Positions 63,495-64,000 of a DNA stretch of 64,000 nt are shown here, piece by piece; position 1 is the stretch's first letter, and each line of letters begins with the position of its first letter. This DNA is from Sphaerodactylus townsendi. Its lineage: Eukaryota. Below the pieces are notes generated by a model, which was not told the origin of the DNA, made no database searches, and was given only the letters and a program-made list of their open reading frames with translations. Location of the stretch: contig NC_059425.1 of the NCBI RefSeq assembly GCF_021028975.2, positions 139,314,001 to 139,378,000 of the forward strand. The letters run 5' to 3'. Position numbers and translations under genes: made by a program.

Positions 63495-64000
63495 AAGATG
63501 GTTCTAGCAAGGATTGAGTGGGGTAGGGTTGGTCTCACTCGTCTCTTAAATTGCTGTGCTGAATATTGTAAGAGGAACGAACTGGTAATTAACTATGAAA
63601 AAACCAAAATAATGGTCTTCGCTAGAAGACCCCCTAGTCATACATGGACCATCAATAACAGACCCATAGAACAAGTTAACCAGTTCAAATATTTGGACGC
63701 CAACTCTTACTAGCAACCTTAATTGGGCAGTACATAGGAAATTAGCACTCGCTGCAGCTAACAACAGTGCCCTAGCAATTCAGCGTTTCTTTTTCACTGT
63801 GGGCCACCAGTATATACCATCCGCATTGAAGGTGTTCAATGCTAAATGCGGCTCTCAGCTCCTCTATGGAGCACCTATTTGGATCGGAGCTATAAACAAA
63901 AATATAAACACAGCCCAGTCCCGTTTCTTCCACAAAATTATGGGCTTACCAAATTGTGCTTCATATGCAGCCCTATGTTTTGCAGAACTTCGAGGGCAAA
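63495..64000 (+). mobile_element. LINE RT/post-RT fragment (RTE-X-like), running to the window edge
   Basis: YC..N.L.INYEKTKIMVF, W.I....IEQV.QFKYL, LLYGAPIW; frameshifted. Confidence 0.75.

Overview
Vertebrate genomic DNA; the repeat families point to a squamate, probably a gecko (inference). There is one real gene, the intronless serotonin receptor HTR1B (7905-9059, +). Upstream lie a ~3 kb CpG-rich domain, a CCAAT/GC-box/TATA promoter and a predicted leader with four uORFs. The putative 3' UTR has an exact miR-96 8-mer site. The remaining ~53 kb is gene-free and packed with transposons: CR1, L2, L1, RTE/BovB, RTE-X-like and R4/Dong LINE fragments, Sauria and L2-tailed tRNA SINEs, hAT, Tc1/pogo and PIF/Harbinger MITEs, a probable solo LTR, and two copies of a ~1 kb non-autonomous Helitron. 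Several insertions are nested. Most six-frame ORFs are chance ORFs or TE remnants. I found no convincing new protein-coding system. The best leads are HTR1B post-transcriptional control (uORFs, miR-96), the Helitron pair with unexplained cargo, and the tandem R4/Dong array. Repeat boundaries were read by eye and are approximate unless TSDs are quoted.
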